NCBI GenBank assembly: GCA_005879065.1
Contig: VBLU01000083.1
Span: forward strand, 1 to 48,495
Length of the DNA stretch: 48,495 nt
Direction of reading: 5' to 3'
Source of the DNA: Methanobacteriota archaeon
Lineage (GTDB): Archaea > Thermoplasmatota > Thermoplasmata > RBG-16-68-12
Part shown: positions 24,627 to 34,231 of the stretch, piece by piece
Layout of the letters: every line of letters starts with the position of its first letter
Position numbering within the stretch: the stretch's first letter is position 1
Notes under the pieces: generated by a model
What the model was told of the DNA's origin: nothing
Databases searched by the model: none
Seen by the model: only the letters and a program-made list of their open reading frames with translations
Program-made: the position numbers and the translations under genes

Positions 24627-24928
24627 CCGTTTCCTCCGGGTGGTCCCCTACCAATTGGATTCTCGGTGATCCGGAGCCGGGCCAGCCGACCGGGTGTGCC
24701 GAGTGAATACAAAGGTGCCCATTGCTACTCACAAGAATACGTGTTTCTCAATAGCACTCGCGCTGTCCGAGGCGTAGTTGGCGTAGAGACCCATGTCGGT
24801 TTTGCACGCAAGGAGACAACAACGGCCAAAGAAGTGCGAACACAACCCGAAGTCCCTTGGAAAGCCTTCGGGCGATCTTAACCCGGCGCGCATTCCGATG
24901 CGAATACGAGTGCGCCGGAGCGAATAGG

Positions 24929-26221
24929 ATGGTCGCCATCGCTCAGGTGCCCAGTCCGGATACGTCATGGCCGGCCGCGCCGAGTCATCCCGCGCCTTCC
25001 GCCAATTCTGCCAGGGTGCCGCGCATTGCCTTGTACTCGCAGGGAATGGTCGGCTTCGGTCACATTCGACGTAACGCTTCGATCGCCCAAGCCCTTCGCC
25101 ATTCCACGCTGCAGCCAGACGTCATGTTGATTGCCGAAGCCTGGCAGGCCGGAGCGCTCCTCATGCCTCCCGGCGTGGACTGTGTGACGCTTCCCGCGCT
25201 CCGTCGTGAAGCCGACGGTGGCTACAACCCGCGTTTTCTCCTCGATGTTTCCGAGGGAGAACTCATCGCCTTGCGGAGCCGGGTGATCCGCAGTGCGATG
25301 GAAGTATTCGCCCCGGACCTCTTGGTCGTGGATTACTTGCCCCTCGGTGTCGCCGGTGAACTCGCTCCAACCCTGGAATTCTTGAAACGACGGGGTAAGA
25401 CCCGCCTGGTCCTTGGTCTCCGTGACGTGCTCTACGACCCGGAGACTGTCAAGCGTTCGTGGGCGAGCCATGAAAATATCGTCGCGATCGAAAATTTCTA
25501 CGACTCCGTCTGGATCTACGGTGATCCCACCGTCTTCGACCCGCTTCGCGAATACGATCTCGTGGAGTCTGTGGTGACGAAGGCGCGACACACGGGATAC
25601 TTGGACCAACGCCCGCGGCTTGAGTACGCGAAGGCAGAGGCTGCGCCCCTCGTCGCGAATCTTCCGTCGGGTAAGATTGCGTTGTGTCTCGTTGGAGGTG
25701 GATACGACGGAGGTGCCCTCGCGGAGGCTTTCGTTCAGAGCGATTTGCCTCTCGATACGACGGGTGTCGTTGTGACCGGTCCGTTGATGCCCTGGGAAGA
25801 GCGCCAGCACATCCGCCTCGAGGCCGAGGGACGCTCTCAGTTCCGCGTCCTGGACTTTGTGCACGACCCGACACCGTTGATCGATCGCGCCGACCGGATC
25901 ATCGCTATGGGAGGCTACAACACGGTATGTGAGGCCCTCTCGTTTGAGAAACACGCCTTGATCGTGCCTCGGGTAAAACCCGAATCCGAGCAGTGGATCC
26001 GCGCCCAACGCCTCCGCGACCTCGGTTTGGTTGACGTGTTGCATCCGGGCGCCCTGACCCCTGAGGCGTTGACGGAGTGGCTCGCGAGCGATCTGGGACC
26101 CCCTCCAGCGAGTCGCAGTCGGATCGATTTCGACGGGTTGACCCGGATACCGGCGATGGTCGCGGAGCTGCTGGACGCCCCCTTCACCCACACGCCGGGC
26201 GACATGCCTCTGCCCTTATGA
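24929..26221 (+). CDS. MurG/GT28-like GT-B glycosyltransferase, copy 1
   Basis: ORF 24857..26221, start at ATG 24929. N-terminal GMVGFGHIRRNASIAQAL; C-terminal MGGYNTVCEALSFEKHALIVPRVKPESEQWIRAQRL. From memory it resembles COG4671-type predicted glycosyltransferases. Confidence 0.8.
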   Translation: MVAIAQVPSPDTSWPAAPSHPAPSANSARVPRIALYSQGMVGFGHIRRNASIAQALRHSTLQPDVMLIAEAWQAGALLMPPGVDCVTLPALRREADGGYNPRFLLDVSEGELIALRSRVIRSAMEVFAPDLLVVDYLPLGVAGELAPTLEFLKRRGKTRLVLGLRDVLYDPETVKRSWASHENIVAIENFYDSVWIYGDPTVFDPLREYDLVESVVTKARHTGYLDQRPRLEYAKAEAAPLVANLPSGKIALCLVGGGYDGGALAEAFVQSDLPLDTTGVVVTGPLMPWEERQHIRLEAEGRSQFRVLDFVHDPTPLIDRADRIIAMGGYNTVCEALSFEKHALIVPRVKPESEQWIRAQRLRDLGLVDVLHPGALTPEALTEWLASDLGPPPASRSRIDFDGLTRIPAMVAELLDAPFTHTPGDMPLPL

Positions 26222-27492
26222 CCGCATCCATGAGCAACGGGATTCGCACGTTTCTGATGTACGCCCAGGATGGCAAAGGGATGGGGCACATCACCCGGAC
26301 CACGACGATCGCCAAGCATCTCCTCGCGGCCCATCCGAATTCAGTCGCCTACATCACGACGGAGTCCCCGGTGATCGGGGAGTTCACCCTCCCTGAACGT
26401 TGCGACTACCTGAAGTTGCCCAGGCGAATGAGCCCGACCACGATGGTCGAGACGGAAGCGGAACATGAGGCGGCCATCGATCATTTCCGGATCCACGTCC
26501 GATCCCGAATCCTGCGAGAGGCTGCGCTCTCGTTGGTCCCTGACCTCGTGCTGGTCGACCATGAACCCCTCGGTCGGAAAGGGGAGTTTCGGGAAGGCCT
26601 GTACGCGTTGAAGGAGAAGTCCCCCTCGACGAAGTTCGTGTTCGGCCTGCGAGACATCATGGACGGTGTCACTCGGATTCGGGCCCAGTGGCGAGACCTG
26701 GGGGTCTACGACGCCCTTGAGAACGTGTACGACGGCATCGCCGTATACGGCTCGCGGGACATGTATGACGTGGCGGAAGCCTATGCCATCCCGCCGTCCG
26801 TGCGTCCCAAGTTGCACTATTGCGGGTACGTCGTCCGGGATGTCGAGTGTACGAATATAGACGAGATTCGTGAGCGGTACCACGTCCCTTCGAAAGGACC
26901 CCTAGTCGTCGCGACCGTCGGCGGAGGAATCGACGGGTATCCGGTGCTGGAGGCCGCGTACACGGCCGTCCAACACTTGCAGTCGGTCCATCCCAATCTC
27001 AACGCCGTCTTCGTGACCGGACCGCTCATGCCTCTCGAACAGCAGGAGAAACTTCGCGCGCGAGCCACGGCGACGTGCCGCGTCCTTACCCGGGCCGACA
27101 ATTTTCAGCTCATGGCCGCGGCCGACGCCATCGTCAGCATGGGCGGATACAACAGCGTGTGCGAAGCACTGTCTGTCGGTCGACCTCTAGTAATCGTGCC
27201 CCGGTCCACGCACAAAATCGAGCAGCAGATCCGAGCCGAGACCCTCGCAGCGCACGGCCTCGCTCGATGGATCCACCCCAAAGACCTGAACGGGGGCGAA
27301 GGCCTCGCCCAGGCTCTGGAATGGGCGTTGACGCGGGATCCGCGGGAGCACGCTCGACTCGTTCGAAAGATTATCCCCTCCTTCGACGGAGCTTCAAACC
27401 TGACCGCGTACGTTTCTGGCTGGCTGAGCGAAGAGGGAATGGGTGGCCGAGCCGATGCCCGGGAGCAACTGTCAACGGAGGGATGGGCATGA
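26218..27492 (+). CDS. MurG/GT28-like GT-B glycosyltransferase, copy 2
   Basis: ATGA overlap with copy 1 (ATG 26218, TGA 26219-21). GKGMGHITRTTTIAKHL and MGGYNSVCEALSVGRPLVIVPRSTHKIEQQIRAETL. It is a paralog of copy 1. Confidence 0.8.
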   Translation: MTASMSNGIRTFLMYAQDGKGMGHITRTTTIAKHLLAAHPNSVAYITTESPVIGEFTLPERCDYLKLPRRMSPTTMVETEAEHEAAIDHFRIHVRSRILREAALSLVPDLVLVDHEPLGRKGEFREGLYALKEKSPSTKFVFGLRDIMDGVTRIRAQWRDLGVYDALENVYDGIAVYGSRDMYDVAEAYAIPPSVRPKLHYCGYVVRDVECTNIDEIRERYHVPSKGPLVVATVGGGIDGYPVLEAAYTAVQHLQSVHPNLNAVFVTGPLMPLEQQEKLRARATATCRVLTRADNFQLMAAADAIVSMGGYNSVCEALSVGRPLVIVPRSTHKIEQQIRAETLAAHGLARWIHPKDLNGGEGLAQALEWALTRDPREHARLVRKIIPSFDGASNLTAYVSGWLSEEGMGGRADAREQLSTEGWA

Positions 27493-28469
27493 ATCCGGCC
27501 GGGACGCTCCAACCGGACGAGACCCACGCGGTATTGAGCGGAGCGCTGCGCGAATTGGAGGGAGTTGGCGCTCGGCTCGAGGGTTGGACCGCGGACGATA
27601 CCTTCACGCGGTTCGGGAAACGGCGCGTGGTCCGCTATGAGCTAGAAGCCCGGTTGGCCGGAGGTCCCCATATCTGTCGATACAAATGGGTCGGCAAATT
27701 TTACGATCGGGATGAAGACGCCCGCAGAGTCGCCACCGTCCTTCGCGAGCTGGGGGAGTCGAACGCCCACGCTGAATTCGGTCTCGCGGTTCCGAGCGTC
27801 CTCGCTTACCACGCACCACGGCGTCTCTTGTTGTTGACGTACGAGTCGGGCGAGTCGATGACGACGGCGATGGCACACGACACGCAGACGATTTTAGCCG
27901 CGATCGGGCGCGCGCTGGCGACCTTGCACTCCCTTCCCATCGCCCCGACTCGGACGCTCTTTCCGAACACCGTCCTCGAGGATATCCGGCCAAGAGTTCG
28001 GGATCTTTGCGAACGGTTCCCCAGCGAAGCTAGTTCCCTCGAGAGCGCCCTCGATGCCCTGGAGCGCGATGCACCGCCATTTCCCTCGGCGCCGTCCTTC
28101 GTCCATGGCGACTTCGGCCCTGCCAATCTCCTCTGGAGGGCGGGCCACGTCGTCGTGTTGGATTTCGACAAATGCGCGCTAGGTGACCCGGCGTGCGACC
28201 TGGGCAACCTATTCGCACAGCTGTTCCGAACTACAATCAAAAGGCCGGAAATCCTGAGGGATTTCCCCTCCGCGCGCGCGTCGGTCCTCAGGTCCTACAT
28301 CCATTGGTCTCCGCCCAACTCGGATTTGGACTCACGGATCGCATGGTATGAGCGGGCAACTTTGTTGCGGAAAATTCACGGATTGCTGTTCAGCAAGAGC
28401 CGAGACCAACATCCGGACGCGGTTCGGCAACGTCAAGCGGAAGCGGTCCAGTTGCTGGGGATGGAATAG
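27489..28469 (+). CDS. APH-fold (aminoglycoside/choline-kinase-like) phosphotransferase K1
   Basis: ATGA overlap with GT copy 2. Lys motif WVGKFY, catalytic loop VHGDFGPANLLW, and metal site VLDFDKCALGDPACDLG. All are intact. Confidence 0.8.
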   Translation: MNPAGTLQPDETHAVLSGALRELEGVGARLEGWTADDTFTRFGKRRVVRYELEARLAGGPHICRYKWVGKFYDRDEDARRVATVLRELGESNAHAEFGLAVPSVLAYHAPRRLLLLTYESGESMTTAMAHDTQTILAAIGRALATLHSLPIAPTRTLFPNTVLEDIRPRVRDLCERFPSEASSLESALDALERDAPPFPSAPSFVHGDFGPANLLWRAGHVVVLDFDKCALGDPACDLGNLFAQLFRTTIKRPEILRDFPSARASVLRSYIHWSPPNSDLDSRIAWYERATLLRKIHGLLFSKSRDQHPDAVRQRQAEAVQLLGME

Positions 28470-28471
28470 CC

Positions 28472-29953
28472 ATGCGCGGTCAACCGGAACAACGGAATTC
28501 GCCGCCGACCTCGGTCCAGCCCCTGGACTCGGAGCGTGCATCCCATTCGGGGAGTGACGAACGGTTCGACCCCGGCCGAACAGACGGGTTCCCTTTCGAT
28601 CCCGACTTTCCGCAGCTCCCGATCGCGGCGAACCCCGACCTGATGCTCGACGTCTTCCGAGCCAAACTGAAGCCGGTCGCGAACAAGAAGTACGAAATCC
28701 AAGCGTGCAAGCCGTTCCGCTTCCGGTGCCGGCAGTCAAAGTCTCGTCATGTGTTACAATACACCCTCCGCATCGCCGAGCCGTCTACGGGTCGCCGGTG
28801 GGACCAGCCGGTGACTGGGGTCCTGTATGCTGACGAAAGCAAAGCCGAGCGGCGGTGGCAAGAGATGCAGGCCAAGGATCCACGCCGAGGAATTCCTTCG
28901 GAGTGGCTCACGTTCGAACCGGTCAGCATCGTTCCTGGCCTCCGAATGCTGGTCCAGATCTTTCCCTACGATCGGAGACTTCGGACCCTCGGGCCGATGA
29001 TAGGAGCGGTTGGGCGCGACGTTGACCCCCTACTCCTGGCCCGCATCGGTCCCGGCGAATGGGAAGTGGAAGATCGGACAATCGAAACGGCGAGGTACCG
29101 AACCGAACGCGGGGCCGTTCTCCGCTACTCAATACGGGCACGAGATGTCCAGTCGGATCGGCGTGAGACCTTGGCCTCCTACTTGAAAGTGTATCGAAAC
29201 GAGCGCGGTGCGGAAACATGGCAGTTCCTGCGATTGATGTCCGAGAAGGCCGGAGGCGGACCACAGCCCTACGACGTGATTCGGCCGATTGCCTATTTGA
29301 GCGAGCACCGCACCCTTGTGATGGAAGAAGCTCCCGGCGCTCCGCTGACCCAACTGCTGCTTCGCGCGGGAGATCCGGCCGAGGCGGTACGACCCGTCGC
29401 TCGGGCTCTTGCAGTTTTCCATCAAGACCATATCCCGGCCACCCGGCACGAATCGCTCACGGACGCATTGAAAACCATTCGAAAGGCGGCAACTCTCGTC
29501 GAGTGGACGTGCCCCGAGGCGCGGGATGCGATCCAAGCGATCATGGCCGAAGTGACTGCTGGCTTGCAAGAGGCACCGCCTACGCCGATTCACGGGGATC
29601 TCAAGCCGGACCATCTCTTTGTGTCCGGCCAGCAGGTGCTCTTCATCGATCTCGACTCGGTCGCGTTCGGCGACCCGGTTCGAGACGTGGCATCATTTTT
29701 CGCTCACCTGGCAAGCAGGGCCGGGATGCGTTCGATGCCCGAAGATCGGGCTTGTGCAGCGGCGGCCGCCTTCGTTGAAGAATACTTCCGGCACGCGCCG
29801 AGTTCGTGGCGCAAACGTCTCCCCCTGCACAGCGCAGCCGCCTTCCTTGAGGTGGCGGCAGGCATCTTCCGGGCTCAAGAGCCGGGTTGGCGGGAAACGC
29901 TCGCTTGGATCATCGAAGCGGCACAACGCGCCTGCGAGGAGGTCCCTGATTGA
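28472..29953 (+). CDS. APH/protein-kinase-like phosphotransferase K2 with about 190-aa N-terminal extension
   Basis: Starts 2 nt after the K1 stop. LKVYRNERG, IHGDLKPDHLFV and FIDLDSVAFGDPVRDV. The N-terminal extension (DPDFPQLP...VTGVLYADE) resembles a degenerate extra N-lobe of the same family. Confidence 0.8.
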   Translation: MRGQPEQRNSPPTSVQPLDSERASHSGSDERFDPGRTDGFPFDPDFPQLPIAANPDLMLDVFRAKLKPVANKKYEIQACKPFRFRCRQSKSRHVLQYTLRIAEPSTGRRWDQPVTGVLYADESKAERRWQEMQAKDPRRGIPSEWLTFEPVSIVPGLRMLVQIFPYDRRLRTLGPMIGAVGRDVDPLLLARIGPGEWEVEDRTIETARYRTERGAVLRYSIRARDVQSDRRETLASYLKVYRNERGAETWQFLRLMSEKAGGGPQPYDVIRPIAYLSEHRTLVMEEAPGAPLTQLLLRAGDPAEAVRPVARALAVFHQDHIPATRHESLTDALKTIRKAATLVEWTCPEARDAIQAIMAEVTAGLQEAPPTPIHGDLKPDHLFVSGQQVLFIDLDSVAFGDPVRDVASFFAHLASRAGMRSMPEDRACAAAAAFVEEYFRHAPSSWRKRLPLHSAAAFLEVAAGIFRAQEPGWRETLAWIIEAAQRACEEVPD

Positions 29954-32346
29954 CCGGGTCAGACGAGGGACCGGAGGACCAGGAGGGACGATCGCCGCGG
30001 AAGCGTGTTGATGGAGAGGAGGAGAATCGGCCTGCGGCTGAACGAACGTACTCGGAACTGCTCGACCAGATTCGCGTCACGGACGAGCGGTACGCGGAGC
30101 TCCTAGACGAGCTGAGGTCCCTCAGCGAGCCGAGAGCGTCTGCTGGTGGGCGCGGGACTCGGTCGACCAGCGTGCCCCCAATGTCGATTTCCGAATCAGG
30201 AAGCGTTCGTTTTCGGGACCTCCCCACGACCCGACGTCGCTGGATCGCCAAGTCGGTCGCGGTGATCCTCACCGGCCTCTCTACCTTTGCGTGGCTGCTG
30301 GGCTATCTCGCGTCCGCCTACAACATCCAGGTGGCGTTGTTCGCCCTCCCACGGGAATTCGGTCGCTCATTCCTCTCCGATTTCCAGCTCTTACTCTTGC
30401 AGATTGCCGCACCGGTTCTCGCTTGGGGAATCTGGGGCGTCATCGCCACTCAAGAAAGGCGGCGATGGGTCCGGGCCCACGTCCTCAGCTCCCCGAGCCG
30501 GTCCGGGTCCGAAATCTCTCCCTCGCAGGTCCCTGGGACCAGCCCATCTACGGTTCGGAGCGATTCAGAACCGGGTCGGAAACAAACCCTCCGGCGGCTC
30601 TTGTCCTATGTGAGGCCGCACTGGCCCTATGCGGCCGGGATCATGGCAGGACTCGTCATCGCCGCCCTGATGGACCTAACGCAGGTGTGGATCCTTGCAT
30701 TTCTCTTCATCGGGCAGGTTGTTCGGCTGGGGCACGTGGAGCTCCTTCCAAATGTGCTCCTCCTGCTCGGCACGACCTTCGCCGTCAAAGAGGTCTCCTC
30801 GTTTGTCAAGGATTATCTGTCGGAGATCCTGGCTCAGAAGACCGTGCACCGACTCCGATCCGATCTATACGAGAACATCGAGCGAATGCCCATGAGCTTC
30901 CTCGATACGTCGCGTTCCGGCGAGCTCATCTCCCGCGTCGTCAGCGACACGAACGAAGTGGAACGGGTCCTCACGGACAATGTCGCCGATTTCCTCTCGA
31001 ACGCGGTTATGGTCGCGGGCGCCCTCGGCCTGCTGTTCTTCGTGAACGCTAGACTCGCTCTACTCGTTACGCCACCCGCCCTCGTCATGGTCATCGTCGT
31101 GAACCGATTCAAGAAGTCCATCAAACAGTCCTCGAGAAAAATCCGCGAAGCGGTCGCCGAACTCACCGCGAAGGCCTTCGAGGTCATCTCCGGGCTCCGT
31201 ATCGTGAAGAGTTTCCGGATGGAGCACCACGAGGCAAACGCCTTTCGCGATCGGTCCTGGGCGATCGCCCGGGCCAAGGTCCGCCTGGCTCGGCTCTCCG
31301 GAGCCTATTCTTCGACCGTGGATTTCCTGACCTTGTGCTCCCTCGCGGTGTTCGTCTGGTTCTCGGCGCCGGCGGTGATTAGCGGCGACCTGACGGTCGC
31401 AGTAGCGGTTGCCTTCCTAGGGTACATGGACAAGGTGTTCAAGCCTCTCGTCGTCCTCAGCAAGGTCAATTTCACGGTCCAGAAGGCCGTGGCGGCCGCT
31501 GACCGCATCTTCGAATTCATGGATGCAAAAGTGGAAATCTTGGAGGCCCCCGGAAGTCTCGTGCCGCAGACGATCGAGGGACGCATCCAGTTCGACCGGG
31601 TCACGTTCGGATATCGGCCTAACCGATACGTGCTCGAAGACTTCTCGTTGACGATCGAGCCTGGGGAGACGGTTGCGGTCGTCGGATCGAGCGGTGTGGG
31701 CAAATCCACGATCGTCAACCTGCTCCTCCGGTTCTACGAGCCGGTCGCGGGCCGGATTTCTATCGACGGATACCCCCTCGATCGGTTGAGCTTGAGTTGC
31801 CTGCGGAACAAGATCGGCCTTGTCATGCAGGAGCCGGTCCTCTTCTCCGGATCGATTCGGGAGAACATCATGTATGGCGACGTTCACGCATCGGAGGAGA
31901 ACGTCGTGTTGGCAGCGCAGTCCGCGAATGCCCACGATTTCATCGAGGGCATGCCGAAGGGATATGATACGCAGATTGGCGAGCGCGGAGTCACCCTGTC
32001 CGTCGGCCAGAGGCAACGGATTGCGATTGCTCGTGTTCTCCTGAAGAACCCGAGCATCCTCATACTTGATGAGGCGACATCGAACATCGACTCCGAATCG
32101 GAATCGCTCATTCAAGACGCGTTACGCAAGCTTGCACAACGCAGGACGATGATCATCATCGGGCACCGGCTTTCGTCGATCATGGATGCGGACCGGATCG
32201 TGGTGCTCGAGGATGGAGGGATCGCCGAGGTCGGGACCCACGAAGATCTCCTAGGGAAAGGAGGAGTCTACGCGCGGTTGTACGAGGCCCAGATTGATCG
32301 GGGAGCTCCCGAGGAGGCGCCCCACAACCAACTCGACGCCGTGTAA
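29950..32346 (+). CDS. MsbA-like ABC exporter (TMD-NBD) with about 200-aa N-terminal extension
   Basis: The TTG start overlaps the K2 stop (TTGA). Walker A GSSGVGKST, signature LSVGQRQR, Walker B ILILDEATS, and H-loop GHRLS. The extension has a coiled-coil-like acidic segment, two extra TM helices and an S/P-rich linker. Confidence 0.9.
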   Translation: MTGSDEGPEDQEGRSPRKRVDGEEENRPAAERTYSELLDQIRVTDERYAELLDELRSLSEPRASAGGRGTRSTSVPPMSISESGSVRFRDLPTTRRRWIAKSVAVILTGLSTFAWLLGYLASAYNIQVALFALPREFGRSFLSDFQLLLLQIAAPVLAWGIWGVIATQERRRWVRAHVLSSPSRSGSEISPSQVPGTSPSTVRSDSEPGRKQTLRRLLSYVRPHWPYAAGIMAGLVIAALMDLTQVWILAFLFIGQVVRLGHVELLPNVLLLLGTTFAVKEVSSFVKDYLSEILAQKTVHRLRSDLYENIERMPMSFLDTSRSGELISRVVSDTNEVERVLTDNVADFLSNAVMVAGALGLLFFVNARLALLVTPPALVMVIVVNRFKKSIKQSSRKIREAVAELTAKAFEVISGLRIVKSFRMEHHEANAFRDRSWAIARAKVRLARLSGAYSSTVDFLTLCSLAVFVWFSAPAVISGDLTVAVAVAFLGYMDKVFKPLVVLSKVNFTVQKAVAAADRIFEFMDAKVEILEAPGSLVPQTIEGRIQFDRVTFGYRPNRYVLEDFSLTIEPGETVAVVGSSGVGKSTIVNLLLRFYEPVAGRISIDGYPLDRLSLSCLRNKIGLVMQEPVLFSGSIRENIMYGDVHASEENVVLAAQSANAHDFIEGMPKGYDTQIGERGVTLSVGQRQRIAIARVLLKNPSILILDEATSNIDSESESLIQDALRKLAQRRTMIIIGHRLSSIMDADRIVVLEDGGIAEVGTHEDLLGKGGVYARLYEAQIDRGAPEEAPHNQLDAV

Positions 32347-32480
32347 AACCCATCCCGCCTAAGGAACTGAGTTGTCGCCGACCGAATTCGACAAGTGTCA
32401 AAACACCTCTGTGGTACAACTGGCCCAACATGTGGCCGACCTGATTACAATCGGGGCCAGATAGGCCTCAGTTGGCGACC

Positions 32481-32492
32481 AAGCCTTGATAG
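32481..32492 (+). promoter_or_regulatory. Candidate promoter of phosphoesterase 1
   Basis: AAGCCTTGATAG, about 36 nt upstream of ATG 32520. The same AGCCTTGAT block occurs at the same spacing upstream of the paralog (41592..41601). Confidence 0.4.
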
Positions 32493-32519
32493 GACCGATC
32501 TCGTACGAGCCCGGATCGC

Positions 32520-34142
32520 ATGAAGGGGATGGCCGCGACGTATCAGGGACCCCGAGCGGGACGGGTCGATTTTCGCGGAAGGGCGAGGGGCTTGGCTCGA
32601 ACGACGCGGAAGTTTGGAGCGCTCGGCACCTCCGGGGACAGCGTGGAGCCGCGCCCGTGGGCCGTCCGCGTCAAGCCCGATTCCGACAAGGAGCTGTTAG
32701 AGGAACTTAGGAAGTCATTGACATGGATGAAGGCCCTCGAAGGCGGACAGGTGGATCGAACTCCGAAACAGGCATCGATCGCGGGCAGCGACATCAAGGA
32801 ACCGCGACGGATCCCAAGAAAGCGGCACGGGTCCGCCACCTTGCGTCGGAGAGCGGTCGCCGTCCTCGCTCTCTCCCTCCTCATCGCCGTGTCCGCGGGA
32901 TGGGTCCTGTTCCAGAAGGGAGCGGTCCAAAAGAATCCGTTCGATACCTCCCGGCCGCGCTGGAAGGACGAGTCGGCCACGCACTTCACGTTTGCCGCCG
33001 CGGGAGACTTTGGGGGACCGGGCAATAACGATTCTCTCGGCCTCGTGGGACGTGCTCGAACGGCTGGAATGTCGTTCTTCCTTGCCCTGGGCGACTTGGG
33101 ATACACGACAAGCGCATCCGGCTGGTGCACGCAAATGAAACGGCTCGTGCCGGAGATTGTCATCATCGCCGGTGATGACGGGAGCAACGCGGACGGAAAC
33201 ATGTCGCAGTATGTCGCGAGCTGTCCATACCCGCTCTCCTCTCCGATGGTCGCGGGTAAAGGGACTCCCGGCTACGGCTACGAGTATTACTTCGACTACC
33301 CTCGGGAGAAGCCCCTCGCGCGATTCATCCTGCTCTCGGCCGGACTCTCGGGCGTCGATTACAACTACAGCCGGAAATCACCGCACACGGAGTGGGTCGA
33401 GGACAAAGTCGCCAGCGCCCGAGACGCGGGCATCCCATGGGTCATCGCGGGAGTCCACAAGGAGTGCATCACGGTGGGCAACGATGGACACTGTCCCATG
33501 GGACAGGACCTCTTCGACGAGCTCGTGGAAGCCCATGTGGACCTAATCTTGGTAGGTCACGACCATGTGTACGAGCGGAGCAAACAGCTCAGGGTCTCGT
33601 CGAGCTGCGAGTCCGTCAACTCGACGAACCAGTTCGAGCCGTCTTGCGTCGCGGCGAGTGGAACCCAAGGCGTCTACGCGAAAGGCGAAGGCACCATCGT
33701 CGTCGTGCAAGGTGTCGGAGGGCGAAGCTTCGACAACGTGGCGATTGACGGAAGCAACCAGGCGATGGGCTACTTCGACGCGGTGATGGGCGCCAATGCC
33801 AACACGCAAGGGCGGCTCTCTGGCTTCGGATCCGTGTTCTACGAGGTCACGGCCGATTCGATTGGGGCGAAAACCGATTTCTGTCCGCCCGACTCGACCG
33901 GCACCGACGGCCGTTGCACGTCGAATCCTGGCGCGGTGTTCGCAGACCAGTTTGCGATCTCTACAGACACCGGTTTGGGGCCTGTGTCCTATACTCGGGC
34001 TTCGGGCATCTTGCCTGATGCCCCTCCGGCATCGAGTGCCTCGTCCTTCCCTCAGGACCCCAATCAAAATGGACTTGATCAACCAGGGATTCTGCTATCG
34101 AGGGATGAGGAACCGCCTCTTCGCGTCTGGACCGCACGTTAG
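32520..34142 (+). CDS. Membrane-anchored purple-acid-phosphatase-like metallophosphoesterase (MPE1)
   Basis: About 110-aa basic N-terminal region, one TM (AVAVLALSLLIAVSAGWVLF), then AAAGDFGG, LGDLGYT and GHDHVYERS. The expected GNH(D/E) position reads AGDDG. Confidence 0.8.
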   Translation: MKGMAATYQGPRAGRVDFRGRARGLARTTRKFGALGTSGDSVEPRPWAVRVKPDSDKELLEELRKSLTWMKALEGGQVDRTPKQASIAGSDIKEPRRIPRKRHGSATLRRRAVAVLALSLLIAVSAGWVLFQKGAVQKNPFDTSRPRWKDESATHFTFAAAGDFGGPGNNDSLGLVGRARTAGMSFFLALGDLGYTTSASGWCTQMKRLVPEIVIIAGDDGSNADGNMSQYVASCPYPLSSPMVAGKGTPGYGYEYYFDYPREKPLARFILLSAGLSGVDYNYSRKSPHTEWVEDKVASARDAGIPWVIAGVHKECITVGNDGHCPMGQDLFDELVEAHVDLILVGHDHVYERSKQLRVSSSCESVNSTNQFEPSCVAASGTQGVYAKGEGTIVVVQGVGGRSFDNVAIDGSNQAMGYFDAVMGANANTQGRLSGFGSVFYEVTADSIGAKTDFCPPDSTGTDGRCTSNPGAVFADQFAISTDTGLGPVSYTRASGILPDAPPASSASSFPQDPNQNGLDQPGILLSRDEEPPLRVWTAR

Positions 34143-34231
34143 CTTGCCTCGGTTGGACGGGCGCTAGCTTCCGCGGCCCAGAGTGTCGCCGTGGAAAGGG
34201 TTTTCGTCTTCCGCCTCGATATCCCGAAACG

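Noticed and set aside
24627-24928. Possible ncRNA (SRP RNA, RNase P RNA or C/D box sRNA) or small ORFs in the 300-nt spacer
   Set aside because: I found no conserved RNase P or SRP motifs and no RUGAUGA/CUGA box pairs. The 71-aa and 79-aa ORFs have poor third-position bias. It is left unexplained rather than called.
23109-26191. Minus-strand ORFs 23109..24035 and 24965..26191
   Set aside because: They lie antisense to the HerA-like ATPase and glycosyltransferase 1. They have no motifs and an Arg-rich composition.
32347-32480. Apparent similarity between the leaders upstream of MPE1 and MPE2 beyond the promoter block (GTGGTACAA... vs GTGGTGCAA...)
   Set aside because: Only short patchy matches could be aligned by eye. 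Only the AGCCTTGAT block with conserved spacing is convincing.
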